Source: Eledone cirrhosa (Eukaryota). From it: 64,000 nt of DNA. Position 1 is the first letter of the stretch, and each line of letters begins with the position of its first letter. The notes beneath the pieces are model-generated. The model saw only the letters and a program-made list of their open reading frames with translations, searched no databases and was not told the DNA's origin. Of this stretch, positions 1 to 13,557 are shown piece by piece. The stretch covers positions 13,268,001 to 13,332,000 of the forward strand of contig OZ024751.1 of assembly GCA_964016885.1 (NCBI GenBank), in the 5' to 3' direction. The translations under genes and the position numbers were made by a program.

Positions 1-112
1 AGGTTAATATATTTTAATACCTCTATAAGTGGATAATTTATTAATATATCTTGTCCCTTCATTGGGATGTTTATGTATTAGAGACAGTTAATTTTATAGT
101 TATATATATATA

Positions 113-594
113 AATTTTGAGTATATGTTGGTTGTTTACCGACACCTCAGTATGCAGATTGGAGCACTCGACGAAGTACGCAGGTAATGTAAAATAAGTA
201 AGTCAAGCATGTAAAATTTGGCTTTTTTAATTATAAATTCTCTGCTATATATATTTCGGTGACAGCCATTATTGCCTGTGACCTCTTCAGGCAGTCCGAA
301 TTAGTGTGGAAAAGACAGGTACACATGTTGTTGAAGTGTGTTCCACGCTGTCAATACATCGATATGTCCATCGATACGTGGATATGATTCCAGTTCCTCG
401 GAGGACTAACAACACATTCAGGAGCTGGACATATCGATGTATTGAGAGAGTGGTACACACTTCAACAACATGTTTACCTGTTCGGACTGCCTGAAGAGGT
501 CACAGCCAATGATAGCTGTCACCCAAATATACTGTATATAGCAGAGAATTTATAATAAACGAAGCCAAATTTTACATGTTTGACTTACTTATTT

Positions 595-597
<3 letters not shown>
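113..597 (-). mobile_element. Fold-back PLE-type element, family A, with hammerhead in both arms
   Basis: Inverted arms ~191-370 / 426-596. Tail 113-190 recurs in reverse at 19975-20045. Flanked by (TA)n. Confidence 0.75.
242..294 (-). ncRNA. Type I hammerhead ribozyme (family A)
   Basis: CTGC-CTGAAGA-G-GTCACAG..CTGTCAC-C-GAAA-TATA-TA-GCAG. The + arm copy (487-544) has GAAA mutated to CAAA. Confidence 0.7.
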
Positions 598-669
<72 letters not shown>

Positions 670-671
<2 letters not shown>

Positions 672-864
672 CGAAGGAATTGTGGTAAGGAACCAGATGG
701 ACCATAACGCACCAGAGTACTCAATACTTAGGGTAGTAGAGTGGGTAATAGGAAAATGTATGACCCCGACGGCAGAGCTCAAGCCGTTTCGACGGCTATT
801 TCTGGACCAGAAATAGCCGTCGAAACGGTTTGGGCTCTGCCGTCGGGGTCATATATTTTCCTAT
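670..864 (-). mobile_element. Family B short fold-back element (3' half of HHR plus tail)
   Basis: Near-perfect ~58-bp-arm palindrome centred at 806. Contains GAAACGG..GCCGTC. Homologous to 23700-23845, 36101-36170 and 61818-62005. Confidence 0.8.
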
Positions 865-1062
865 ATATATATATACAGAGAAAGGGAGGGAGGGAGGGAG
901 AGATAGATAGGTAGACACATATATGGTACTTTTCCTAATATAAGTCTCAAAAATCTACTATGCGTCTTCGGCACCGGAAAATACGGTATATAGATATGAA
1001 AATGTGAAATTCTATCTTACTACCGTCTACTTCTTTACTACAAATATACGCACACACACACA

Positions 1063-1123
<61 letters not shown>

Positions 1124-1125
<2 letters not shown>

Positions 1126-1190
1126 GAGTGTCCCATTCTAATAAATATTGCATGTACAGCTAATCAATGAATTTTGGGGGGGACACCCTA
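1124..1190. mobile_element. Tc1/mariner-type MITE remnant
   Basis: CAGAGTGTCCC...GGGACACCCTA termini; internal sequence shared with 7501-7562. Confidence 0.6.
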
Positions 1191-1786
1191 TATGTGAGTG
1201 TGTGTGTGAGTGTGTGTGTGTGAGTGAGTGAGTGAGTGAGTGTGTGTGTGAGTGAGTGTGTGTGTGAGTGAGTGTGTGTGTGTATGTGTGTATTTACAGT
1301 TGAAAAGGAATATATTATAAAATATAAATAAAAAAATTATTTCTCTAAAATCTGTTTCATCGGACCTTATGCCGAAATCTAGGGTTTGTAAAGAAAGAAG
1401 AAAAAACATTAACTCTTTAAATATTGTAGCGAATAAAGGGGTTGAGTTGTTAACTAGCCAACTGAACGAAAGGGAAATAAAAGGGGCCAGCCCATCTGTA
1501 ACCTAATGTTTTTCATGTTGTTGTTGTTCTGATTTTCGTAGAATTTTTTGTTTTCTTTTTGTTTTTTTCGATTTTGTTTTTGTTTTTGTTGTTTTTATGG
1601 AGGGTGGGAAGTTACCGGGTAATGACCCTTAGTTTTGACACAGCACCTGTACAGAAACTGAGGAGGAAAAGGGATAAAATATAGAACCCTTTCACACATC
1701 ATGTGTGTAGGTATGTGCATGGATGGACGTGTATGTGCATGTATGTACATGTGTATATGTCTGTTAGAAAGAAAGAGAGAGAGAGG

Positions 1787-1817
<31 letters not shown>

Positions 1818-2129
1818 CACATGGGTAGGAGTAATCGTGTTCCTATATGCATGGATATGTGTCTGTATGCATAAGTGTGTATATGTGTGTGTGTGTATGT
1901 GTGTATGAATGCATGCATGAGCGTATGAATGCGTGCATTTATGTATCTATGCATTCATGTGTGGGTGGATGTATTTGCGTATGTGTGTGTGTATGTACGT
2001 ACGTATATATTCATGCGTGGGTATATATATATGTATATGTATGTAAAAGGTAAACAGAAATAACAACACAATCGGTACAGTATATGGAAGGTATATATTA
2101 GGTTAACACTTGATATAGCAGGAAGAGGG

Positions 2130-2165
2130 TCTTAACGTTTCGGATGCTAGTCCTTCATCAGAAGA
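2130..2165 (-). ncRNA. Minimal type I hammerhead ribozyme (family C; element ~2030-2240)
   Basis: TCTT-CTGATGA-A-GGA-ctagca-TCC-GAAA-CG-TT-AAGA. Other fragments of the family at 5630-5710 and 61318-61350. Confidence 0.7.
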
Positions 2166-2382
2166 AAGAATGAGAAATAAGATAGATTGAAGGGACGGGC
2201 GGGTTGGAATAGGAAAACATGTCTTTAAGGGTGTGAGTATATATGTTTGTATATATGATTCTAAAGGTTTACATTTATCCGAATACACATTACTCAGGCA
2301 TTCATATAGGGATTTCAAAGGACACGAGGTTGTCCATTAATCCCATACCCCTACAGAACCTTCCACAACAAGTCCCTTAGAA

Positions 2383-2869
2383 CAGTGCTACTCAAAGTGG
2401 TCGTCCGCAGACCGGTGCCGGTACGCGAGCCACCAGCTACCGGTACGCGGCCAGTGTCCAGGCAATGCTAAGGAATCATTTGAGGAATTTTTTTTATTAC
2501 TTTTTTATTTGTTTTGATATTGTATTATTTGTTTACAAAATAAATAGAAGATAAAAAACTGGTCAACTATTATTTGGCAGTAACGGTAGAGGGTCGGACG
2601 CCATGCTTTCCAGCATAGTTACGTCCCTTTACGATCTGAGTTCAAATCCCGCCGAGGTTGACTTTGCCTTTCATCCTTACAGGGTCGATAAAATAACGTA
2701 CCAGTAATGCACTGGGTAATTGCTGGCCTTGTGCCTAAAGTAGAAACAATTATATTCATTATATATATCGTTTCCGGTATAAATTAATATTACTACGAAA
2801 TATTAGCGGTACGTGGCACATTGAAAAACAAATGCCGGTCCGCCACATCAGATAGTTTGAGAGGCACTG
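2383..2869. mobile_element. hAT (Charlie-like) MITE containing a nested SINE
   Basis: TIRs CAGTGCTACTCAAA / TTTGAGAGGCACTG; imperfect 8-bp TSD CCTTAGAA / CCCCAGAA. Confidence 0.75.
2574..2752 (+). mobile_element. tRNA-derived SINE family 1
   Basis: A box TGGCAGTAACGG, B box GAGTTCAAATCC, body GCCTTTCATCCTTAC.GGGTCGATAAAA, tail GTAGAAACAATTAT. About 15 copies in the window. Confidence 0.85.
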
Positions 2870-3219
2870 CCCCAGAACACGGTTGAATGCCTTTTCGATT
2901 TACACGGAACAAGCATACATCTCTTGGCAATACTCCCATAATCTGTCGAAGACCTGTCGCAGAGTGAATATTTCATCAACTATGCTACGTTCGCGACGAA
3001 AGCCACAATGTTCATCAGCCTAGCTTGGACACGACAATATCCATATATCTTTTTGCCAGACACACAACATAAAAATTACAAGAGAGGCTTAACAAGGAGA
3101 TGTTTTTTTGTTGTTTTTGTTTCTATAAATAAAGCAATCTCACTTCTCTCTCTCTCTCTCTGTTTGAAAATTGGGATTATCAGTGAAAAGCTAACAATAG
3201 TAACATTATGACGATATAT

Positions 3220-3392
3220 GGATTGGCAGTATCAGTAGAGGGTCGGACGCCATGCTTTGCAGCAAAGAGTTACGGCCCTTGCCATTCTGAGTTCAAATCC
3301 CGCCGAGGTTAATTTTGCCATTTATCCTTATGGGGTCGATAAAATAATACACTGGATTATTGCTGGCCTTGTGCCAAAAGTAGAAACAAATA
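3220..3392 (+). mobile_element. SINE family 1
   Basis: Same A/B boxes, body and tail. Confidence 0.85.
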
Positions 3393-3454
3393 TGGCGATA
3401 TATTTTGTAAAAAATCAAATATAAGTCTACATTTGATTTGACTTTTATTATTGT

Positions 3455-3635
3455 TTGGCAGTATCGGTAGAGAGTCGGACGCTATGCTTTCCAGCATAGT
3501 TACGTCCCTTTACGGTCTGAGTTCAAATCCCGCCGAGGTTCACTTTGCCTTTCATCCTTACGGGGTCGATAAAATAAAGTACCAGTAATGCACTGGGTAT
3601 TTGATGGCCTTGTGCCTAAAGTAGAAACAATTATT
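3455..3635 (+). mobile_element. SINE family 1
   Basis: Same A/B boxes, body and tail. Confidence 0.85.
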
Positions 3636-3670
3636 GTTAGTGAAACGTGCGTAAATTGAATAAATAACTT

Positions 3671-3818
3671 GATCCATGCAACATCACTAAGCATATAAAT
3701 ATTGAATAAAGAACTTTGGTTCTTTATTCAATATTTATATGCTTAGTGATGTTGCATGGATCTTTCCCCATGGATCTTTCCCCATGGATCTTTCCCCATG
3801 GATCTTTACCCATGGATA
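3671..3818. repeat. Perfect 44-bp-arm palindrome followed by a 14-bp tandem (TGGATCTTTCCCCA)x~4
   Basis: Arms 3671-3714 / 3719-3762 read directly. Confidence 0.85.
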
Positions 3819-3937
3819 TTACCTCGAATATTTCTGCGCTGCATGATATTTAATTGTAATAACACGCTGAGGTTTAGTTTGTCTTGTAAACTTATAATAA
3901 TAATGTAGATCCCTCTACTTTACCTTGTGTGTGTGTA

Positions 3938-4036
3938 CAGGGTGTGCTAAAAATATATACACACTTTAACTACCTGTGCAGACAATATATAGTATAATGC
4001 TGTTGAAGTGTGTATACATTTTTTGGAAACACCCTG
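3938..4036. mobile_element. ~100-bp Tc1/mariner-type MITE
   Basis: TA|CAGGGTGT..TATACACACTT / AAGTGTGTATACA..ACACCCTG termini. Confidence 0.75.
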
Positions 4037-4040
4037 TGTA

Positions 4041-4184
<144 letters not shown>

Positions 4185-4323
4185 GGTGTATATATATTAT
4201 CAAATGATTCTTTGAACATACTTTATAGTATATATATATATGTGTGTATGCGTGTGTATGTATTTTTGTATATATATATATATATATATGTATGTATATA
4301 TGTATATCTATATACATATATGT

Positions 4324-4369
<46 letters not shown>

Positions 4370-4478
4370 AGTTAGGATGTTTTCGAAACAGTGAGCGGGT
4401 TTTAAATTATTATAGATGTAACCCTTCGCCGTATTTTGACTAAAGATTAGTCAATATACGGCGAAGGCTTACATATAT

Positions 4479-4517
<39 letters not shown>

Positions 4518-4521
<4 letters not shown>

Positions 4522-4620
4522 AGTAAGTAAGACCCCGACGGCTGAGCTCAAGCCGTTTCGACGGCTATTGAGTACTTTGGTGCGTTATGGTCCACCTGGT
4601 TCCTTACCACTTTTCCCTCG

Positions 4621-4622
<2 letters not shown>
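4518..4622. mobile_element. Family B fragment (inverted HHR half joined to tail)
   Basis: GACCCCGACGGCTGAGCTCAAGCCGTTTCGACGGCTATT then the reverse of the 670-723 tail. Further stubs at 5587-5626 and 5857-5895. Confidence 0.7.
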
Positions 4623-4660
<38 letters not shown>

Positions 4661-4661
<1 letters not shown>

Positions 4662-4957
4662 ATACATTAACAAATGGAAACTATATTTATATCCAGGAGA
4701 TTCCAACCAGAATGGTTGCATTTTTTCAGGGTGCATTTTTTCAATATTTATTTATAAAACTAACCTATATTATAATTTATCTGATGAAAGCGCACCATAG
4801 TTTGCCTTGGTGGCCCATGAAATATGTATAATGAAATAAATATGGTTTTATAAATATAGTTTCCATTTGTTAATATATTATATATTTACTCCAATAATTT
4901 GTTGAGTGCTTTATATCAGTTATAAAAATATTTTGCTTGTTGTATCCCAACAAATTA
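4661..4957 (+). mobile_element. Family K HHR element (HHR 4776-4836)
   Basis: TTTAT-CTGATGA-..CACCA..TGGTG..-GAAA-TATGTA-TA-ATGAA. Short inverted 5' copy of the downstream sequence. Other copies at 16041, 28811, 40982, 54907 and 57105. Confidence 0.75.
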
Positions 4958-4969
4958 AATATAACCTCT

Positions 4970-5026
<57 letters not shown>

Positions 5027-5737
5027 TAGTGTCTGTATGATGTATGTATATATTTGTGTGGATGTCAGTGTAGGTCAAAGAAAGTAGCAATGGGGTACCG
5101 TTGTGAGTGGCTGATTTAACTGATTTAGTCTGGGATCAGGTAGTTATATATAGTTTAGATTTGAATGAAAGGGTGGAGGAGAGGGGTGGTGGCGTGTGTG
5201 AGGGAGAGGCTGAGTCTAGGAAGAGGAGGGACACGCCATGTTGTGTTATAGTCTTTTGTGATAATTTCTTTTCTGTCTTGTGAATGACCTAGTCAGTCAC
5301 CCCTCCCCTTTTGTCACATACACATACATACATATATACATATATGCTCTCACACTTACACGCACACTTAAATGCATGTAAATATATATAAATACATGCA
5401 TACACACGTGTACTATGTATATGTATATGAGCGCATGTATATATGTGCGTGTGTGTGTATGTTTGCTCTTCCTACATCCCATTGCCTAAAGGTGGAGTGA
5501 AGATGTACATACAAACACGTGTACACACACACAGATCTCGCTCTCTCTCTCTCTCTCTCTCTTCATATATATATTATAAAATGTCGAGACCCGACGGCTG
5601 AGCTCTTGCCGTTTCAACAGCTAATTAGACATATATGTATGTATGTAAAAGGTAAACAGAAATAACAACACATTCGGTAGAGTATATGGAAGGGATATAT
5701 TAGGTTAACGTCTGAAGGGTGTACAAACACACACACA

Positions 5738-5807
<70 letters not shown>

Positions 5808-5988
5808 CGTGTGTGTGTGTGTTCAGTGGTGGGAACTATATATTATAAAGTATTCGGGACCCGACAGCTGAGCCCTTGCCGTTTCAACAGCTAGTTACAG
5901 ACATATATATATATATATATATATATAAATATAGAGTGTCCCCCAAAAAGTGTAAAAACACACATACACACACACTCTCATATATATC

Positions 5989-6038
<50 letters not shown>

Positions 6039-6119
6039 CAGTGGCGGTAATTTGGTAAATATATCCAAGGTCTAGAACAACTCAAGCCCGTATCACCTGT
6101 TTTAATACATTATTATTAT

Positions 6120-6890
6120 AAAATAAAGTACCAGTAATGCACTGGGGTAATTGCAGGCCTTGTGCCTAAAGTAGAAACAATTATTATTCAGGCTGGTACT
6201 ACAACGAAGCCCAGATTGAAACATTGGTCCGCCAAACCGACGAAACACGTGTCCCAGGTAGGGCTTCGATGTAGTATTGGCCTTGATAATAATTGTTTCT
6301 ACTATTGGCACAAGGCCAGCAATTACCCAGTGCATTACTGGTACTTTATTTTATCGACGCCGAAAGGATGAAAAGCCAAAGTCAACCTCGGCGGGATTTG
6401 AACTCAGAATGGCAAGGACCGTAACTCTATGCGTCAAAGCTTGATAATAATAATTGTTTCTACTTTTTGGCACAAGGCCAGCAAATACCCAGTGCATTAC
6501 TTGATAATAATAATTGTTTCTACTTTAGGCACAAGGCCAGCAATTACCCAGTGCATTACTGGTACTTTATTTTATCGACCCCGTAAGGATGAAAGGCAAA
6601 GTCAACCTCGGCGGGATTTGAACTCAGATCGTAAAGGAAAGCATGGCATCCGACCCTCTACCGATACTGCCAATCCAATGATTTCTAGCATAAGCACAAG
6701 GCCAGTAATTTTGGGGGAGGGGAAAGTCGATTAAATAGACCCCAGTATATTACTGGTGCTTTATTTTATCGATCACGAAGGGATGAAAGGCAAAGTTAAC
6801 CTCGGCGGGATTTGAATTAAGACCGTAAAGGGCCGTAACTCAATGCTGCAAGGCATGGTGTCCGACATTTACCGATAGTACCAATCCAAT
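6120..6890 (-). mobile_element. Cluster of about five SINE family 1 copies or fragments (first one +, rest -)
   Basis: Repeated AATTGTTTCTAC...GGCGGGATTTGAACTC segments at 6285, 6450, 6510 and 6700. Confidence 0.8.
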
Positions 6891-6963
6891 AATAATAAGG
6901 GCAACAATGTTAATAATGATAATAATAATAATAATAATAATAATGTGTGTGTGTGTGTGTATA

Positions 6964-7562
6964 CAAGCTGTCCCCAAAAATGTATACACACTTCAACATC
7001 TAAACTATAATAAAGTAAGAAGCGCGGGACTGCGTACGGTTTATAATGTTTTATCCCATTAGTAAAATAAGTTGGATTACTTTGAATAAATAATTGTTTC
7101 TACTTTAGGCACAATGAATGAATATTACATAATTTATCTACTAAATTTCGTGGCTGTTCATTAAATATATTTTATTATTTATTTAAAGATTCACTTCTTT
7201 AAAATTTTCAAATGTCAACACTTCCGGTGGCGATCGCTTAAATAAACATATTAATTATCTGTCACTAATTTTCTCCTAATGCAGTATATATATAATATCG
7301 TCTTTTTTTTTAATGTATCATGGATTACGCTACTGATTACATAAGACAGTGTAACACAGTCTTCGTTCAATTTCTGTGTATACTGTCAATTACGATTTTA
7401 TTTGATCATATCTATATGTATATATATACTTGCGTATAATATCAATATACACACTAGACATGCTAGCAGAAACCCACCCGAGGGGTGGTTTTTCTGCTAG
7501 TCATTCTAATAAATATTGCCTGTACAGGTAATCAAAGTATGTATACATTTTGGGGATACCCT
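6964..7562. mobile_element. Tc1/mariner MITE interrupted by a Helitron
   Basis: Termini ..TGTCCCCAAAAATGTATACACACTT / AAGTATGTATACATTTTGGGGATACCC. Removing 6999-7500 restores a sequence like 3938-4036. Confidence 0.75.
6999..7500 (+). mobile_element. Non-autonomous Helitron
   Basis: A|TCTAAACTATAATAAAG start, subterminal hairpin CCACCC-GAG-GGGTGG, CTAG|T end, no TSD. Confidence 0.8.
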
Positions 7563-7747
7563 ATATATATATACTGATAATCACGGATTTTGTTTTTAAG
7601 GGTGATTATAGCTTGGTGAAGTTCCAGGAGATACGATTGGAAGGAAACTGCAGTAGAGGATTGTGTGTGTGTATATACGCACACATACACATACATACAT
7701 TCATACATATATTCATAGATACACACACACATATATATATATATATA

Positions 7748-8441
7748 CTAGCTAAACTACCCGTCCTTTGGATGGTTCAAGTAGCTTTCGATGTAGCTCA
7801 TTAAACTAAACAAAGTAAATTTGAATACATAGAAGAAAAACGTACTTTATGCAAACATGAAAACCTTAGGCACTATTCCAGCGAAATAATTAATATGTGA
7901 GCCAGGTGTCTTTTTTGACAACAGTAAAAGCGCATCATGAAATAGAGAAGTGAAGTGAATAATAGACACTATTAAGTACAAAGCATAATATTGTAAAAGT
8001 TATGACATCACTTAATGTCTGAACATCAAGCTTGAAACGATAAATTATACAATGTCAAATCTATAACTTAACTGAGTAATTTGTTAGAAATTGCTGGTTG
8101 TGAATTATACAAAATGATATTGTTAGTCTCAAGGAAGCGTACCTTTTATTTCAAGTACAAAGAGTAAATTAAAATCGGAAAGAGCCGAATTACGAAAGAT
8201 AACTCTTGTCTTACTTAATCACGAAAATTCACACAAATAACCGAAACTTTTTTAATGTCTCCAAAGGCCCCAATATCGATTTTTGAAAGCCTTTTTCGAT
8301 CATGTACAGGTTTTGTGCAAGGAGAAGCTCTGTAAAAAAATTCAAAGAAATCGCATGAATGGTTTAGAATATATGAGCCCTCATTTAAAATTGTCCACAC
8401 ACACACACACAGAAAACTTCGTCTTTATATATATATATAGA
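7748..8441 (-). mobile_element. Non-autonomous Helitron (second family)
   Basis: Minus strand A|TCTATATATATATAAAG start; hairpin ACCATCC-AAA-GGACGGGT then CTAG|T end. Confidence 0.8.
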
Positions 8442-8869
8442 TACAGATATATATATTTGTGTGTGTGTGTTGTGTGCATATATACACACAACACACATAT
8501 ATATATATATTTATTTATTTGTGTGTGTGCTGTGTGTATATATACACGCACACAATCCTCTACATATCCTCATACATATGCAAATATGTACACATACATA
8601 CATATACGGGTAAGTCTATGTCTGGCTTGGGGTGTGTGAGTTGCTAATATTTTAACAATTTTTTATCTCCCTCCCCAAGCCCGCCCCTTTCTTTGATCCG
8701 ATGTTTAAAGTTCTTTATTTATCATAAGTTCTGATCAGTTGTGTTAACACAAACTTGGGTACAGTTCCGCGGCCCTCCACCCTCTTTTTAACAACAGACA
8801 GCCTAAGTATATATATATATGTGCGCGCGCGCGGTGTGGGTGTGCGTGCGCGCATACACGTATATATGT

Positions 8870-9500
<631 letters not shown>

Positions 9501-9653
9501 TTTGTGGTATTATTTTGTGGTTGGGTATTGGTGGTGGTGGTGGTGGGGATGTTGGTGTTAATGATTGTGGTGAAGCTGGTACTGGAGTATTGATGCTGCT
9601 GTTGTTGTTGTTCGTGGTGTTGGTGCTGATGGTGATGTTGTTGGCTGTTGACA

Positions 9654-9803
9654 TAATTGTTTCTACCTTTGGCACAAGGCCAGCAATTAACCAGTACATT
9701 ACTGGTACTTTATTTTATCGACCCCGTTAGGATGAAAGGCAAAGTTAACCTCGACGGGATTTGAACTCAGATCGTAAAGGGACGTAACTATGCTGGAAAG
9801 CAT
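9654..9803 (-). mobile_element. SINE family 1 (further pieces at 10075-10245)
   Basis: Tail, body and B box in reverse. Confidence 0.8.
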
Positions 9804-10249
9804 TAATAATAGTGGAGAAAATTACGCAGATTATCATTAAATATGGAAAAACAGTAATTTATCCAGTATTTTCAACTATTATTCATAGAGATTGACTATA
9901 ATTACAATAATTTGTACGTTTGGGTGTCTCAACGCTTCGATAATCAAACATGTTGAAAGACATTCGTGCTTGTAAATATATACATTCGTGTGTATATAAA
10001 TGCATGAACGCGGACGTACATAGATGTGTACATACATGCATACACACAATCATAAATAGATAGATAGATACATACTCAGAATGGCAAGGGCCGTAACTCT
10101 ATGCGTCAAAGCATGGCGTCCGACACCTCTGACATAATTGTTTCTACTTTAGGCACAAGGCCAGCAATAACCCAGTGCATTACTGGTACTTTATTTTATC
10201 GACCCCGTAAGGATGAAAGGCAAAGTCAACCTTGGCGGGATTTGACATA

Positions 10250-11225
10250 ATGATGATGTTTGTGATGGGATATTGCTGTTAATAGTGGCGTTGTTGGGTT
10301 CTGCGATGATTGTGATGGTTGTGATGGTTGATGTTGTTGGGTTTTGTGATGATGATGATGGTTTTGATGGGTGGTGGTGTTGATGTTGTTGTTAGTGGTG
10401 GTGGTATCAGTGATGTTAGTGGTGATGTTGTTAGTGGTGTTGTTAGTGGTGCTGGTAGTGGTGATATTAGTGGTGGTGGTGGTAGTGGTGTTGTTAGTGG
10501 TGGTGGTAGTGTTGTTAGGGGTGGTGGTAGTGGTGTTGTTAGGGGTGGTGGTTGTGGTGGTGATATTAGTGGTGTTGTTAGTGGTGGTGGTGGTAGTGGT
10601 GATATTAGTGGTGGTGGTAGTGGTGTTGTTAGTGGTGGTGGTAGTGTTGTTACTGGTGGTGGTGTTGTTGTTGTTAGTGGTGGTAGTGGTGTTGTTAGTG
10701 GTGTTGTTAGTGGTGGTGGTAGTGGTGTTGTTAGTGGTGGTGGTAGTGGTGTTGTTGTTGTTAGTGGTGGTAGTGGTGTTGTTAGTGGTGATATTAGTGG
10801 TGGTGGTAGTGGTGTTGTTAGTGGTGGTGGTAGTGTTGTTAGTTGTGGTGGTAGTGGTATTGTTACTGGTGGTGGTGGTGTTGTTGTTAGTGGTGTTGTT
10901 AGTGGTGATATTAGTGGTGGTGGTAGTGGTGTTGTTACTGGTGGTGGTGGTGTTGTTGTTAGTGGTGGTAGTGGTGTTGTTAGTGGTGGCGGTGGTGGTG
11001 TTAGTTGTGGTGGTAGTGGTGTTGTTACTGGTTGTGGTGGTGTTGTTGTTAGTGGTGGTAGTGGTGTTGTTAGTGGTGGTGGTAGTGATGTTAGTGGTGG
11101 TGGTAGTGGTGTTGTTACTGGTGGTGGTGGTGCTGTTGTTAATGGTGATAGTGGTGATGTTAGAGGTGGTGATAGTGGTGTAGTTAGAGGTGGTGATGAT
11201 GGCGGTGGTAGCGGTGGCGGCAGCA
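10250..11225. repeat. Compound (GGT/TGT/AGT)n trinucleotide repeat
   Basis: Direct reading; produces the spurious T/N-, G/V- and V/L-rich ORFs. Confidence 0.95.
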
Positions 11226-12026
11226 GTAGATTTGGGTATACGAAGGATGTTTAATGTTTGGATGTATGTAGGTAGCTTCGTGGTGAAGGAGAAACACAGA
11301 TTGCGAGATAAGCTTTTGAGATGAAAAATATAACGAAACAAACAACAACAAACATCAACAAAAAGGTAACAAAAAAATAAACATAAAAATCAACAACAGA
11401 TAAAAGAAATTAAGACAAAATTATTTAGTCTAAAATTCGTCATAACAAAAAAGAAAAAAAAGAAAAAAAAGAAAAAAAAAGAAAAAAAAGAAAAAGAAAA
11501 CTATTTGAAAGTGAAAGCAGAACGAGAATTTTTTTAAAATTACATATGTAAATGTATGAAAATGTTGACAAGTTTTTATTAAGAAAAATTTGTCATGTAT
11601 ATCTTTTAATATTCTTTTTTCTGGTTTTGCTTGTTTTTTTTTTGTTTTTCGTTTATATATATATATTTTTTGTGTGTGAGGGGGGGGGGGGGGGTCGTAT
11701 CGAGTGAAAATAATTGGAGAAAATATTTGTTGTATAAGAAACAAATTTTGTTGTATAAAAATTAATTGTGGAAGGTTTTTTTTCTTTTATGGTGTGAGAT
11801 AGAAACTTACAAACTTTTAAACAAACAGACACTCAAGCAGACAGACAGACAGACAGATTCCGTTCATTAGTAAGGTGGGTAGGTATGTAGGAAGTTAGAT
11901 AGATTGATAGATAGGTTGGTAGGTAAGTAGGTAGATAGATATATAGATAAGTAGACAGGTAGATAGATAGATATATACATAAGTAGGTAGGTAGTTAGGT
12001 AGGTAAATAGGTAGAGGGGCGAGATG

Positions 12027-12106
<80 letters not shown>

Positions 12107-12137
12107 TATAGATAGATAGATAGATAGATAGATTTGT

Positions 12138-12230
<93 letters not shown>

Positions 12231-12256
12231 ATATAATACATATATATATATATAAT

Positions 12257-12289
<33 letters not shown>

Positions 12290-12291
12290 AT

Positions 12292-12344
<53 letters not shown>

Positions 12345-12430
12345 GCATATATAATACATACATATATATATATATAATGCATATATGTATATATAATACA
12401 TATATATATAATACATACATATATATATAT

Positions 12431-13343
12431 GCCATATACAAATGGCCGGAAGACAACAATATGCAGGTTAATGCTGGCAAATTCCAAGCCCTACAATACA
12501 AACCTGCAAACACAAATACAGTACAACATAATTATGCAGGACCATAGGGGACAGATATCCCCGTGTCAAAATCGATACGAGACCTGGGCATAGACATGAG
12601 CGATGATGCATCTTTTTCTTCACACATCATGAAAGTAGCGACAATGTGCAGACGACTCGCTGGCTGGATCTTGACGACGTTCCGGACAAGAGATCGAGAC
12701 ACCATGTTGACACTATGGAGGTCATTTGCCCTAAGCCGCCTGGACTATTGCTCGCAGTTGTGGTCACCCCATAGTGTCAAACTAACCACGGAGCTTGAGG
12801 CAATCCAGCGAAGCTACACCAAGAGGATTACCACGATGAAGGAGATAAGCTACTGGGCAAGGCTAAAAGAATTGAGCCTCTACACCTTGGAACAAAGACG
12901 GGAGAGATACGCAGTGATTTATATGTGGAAAATCCTGGAGGGACTAGCACCAAACTTTGGCAGTGGGAGCTGGACCAACCGTCGAACAGGACGTCACTGT
13001 TTGGTGCCAAAGGTCCCGTTTTCTACATCGAGAATAAGGAGCAGATACTATAATAACCTGTGATTCAAGGGCCCTCAACTCCTCAAGAAGCTGCCGAGGG
13101 ATCTGAGGGATCTGCATGGTGTGGAGGTGGATGTCTTCAAGAAACATATCGACACCTTGCTATCCAGGATCCCGGATGAGCCCACAGCAAAGCATGGGGG
13201 AAACCTAAGGGCAGCAGCAACAAACTCCCTCTTACACCAGTGGCCAACCAATACAGGCTGGAGATAAAATGTGTAGCAACAAGGGTGGTGCCCCAGCATG
13301 GCCCCAGCCGGAGGGCTGGGACAGGTAAAAGAGTAAAAGAGTA
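12431..13343 (+). mobile_element. 5'-truncated CR1/L2-group LINE (RT C-terminus plus 3' end)
   Basis: ORF 12563-13063 IRDLGI..SFSSHI..SRLDYCSQLWSP..LEAIQR..Y..RLKEL.LYTLEQRRER; premature stop; 3' stem-loop and (GTAAAAGA)2 tail. Confidence 0.85.
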
Positions 13344-13350
13344 TATATAT

Positions 13351-13557
13351 AATATTTCGTTTCTGAATTTGTTTAGCAAGATTCTTTATCTGAAATCGTG
13401 TGTTGAAACATGTAAATAAATAATCAAATAGAAAAATGAACTTAAACACACACAGACACCCGGAAAACGATAAACGGAAAAAATTAAACGAAATACATAT
13501 ATATAGATTGTTATACTTTGGGAGGGTCATGTTGCCAATAAATTCAGAAACGAAACA
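13351..13557. mobile_element. Scrambled fragments of the PLE-1 pseudo-LTR and tail in both orientations
   Basis: Matches 60545-60600 (reverse), 60190-60235 (forward) and 60505-60538 (reverse). Confidence 0.7.

Larger units (their letters stand above)
2265..3062 (-). pseudogene. Degenerate RTE-clade LINE reverse transcriptase fragment, split by a hAT MITE
   Basis: Manual translation DEHCGFRRERSIVDEIFTLRQVFDRLWEY..*IEKAFNRV | DLLWKVL*GYGING, with stops. Confidence 0.75.

Noticed and set aside
10226-11341. Mucin-like Thr/Asn or Gly/Val ORFs (also 45238-45520, 63138-63383)
   Set aside because: Trinucleotide repeats open in multiple frames; no splice or domain support.
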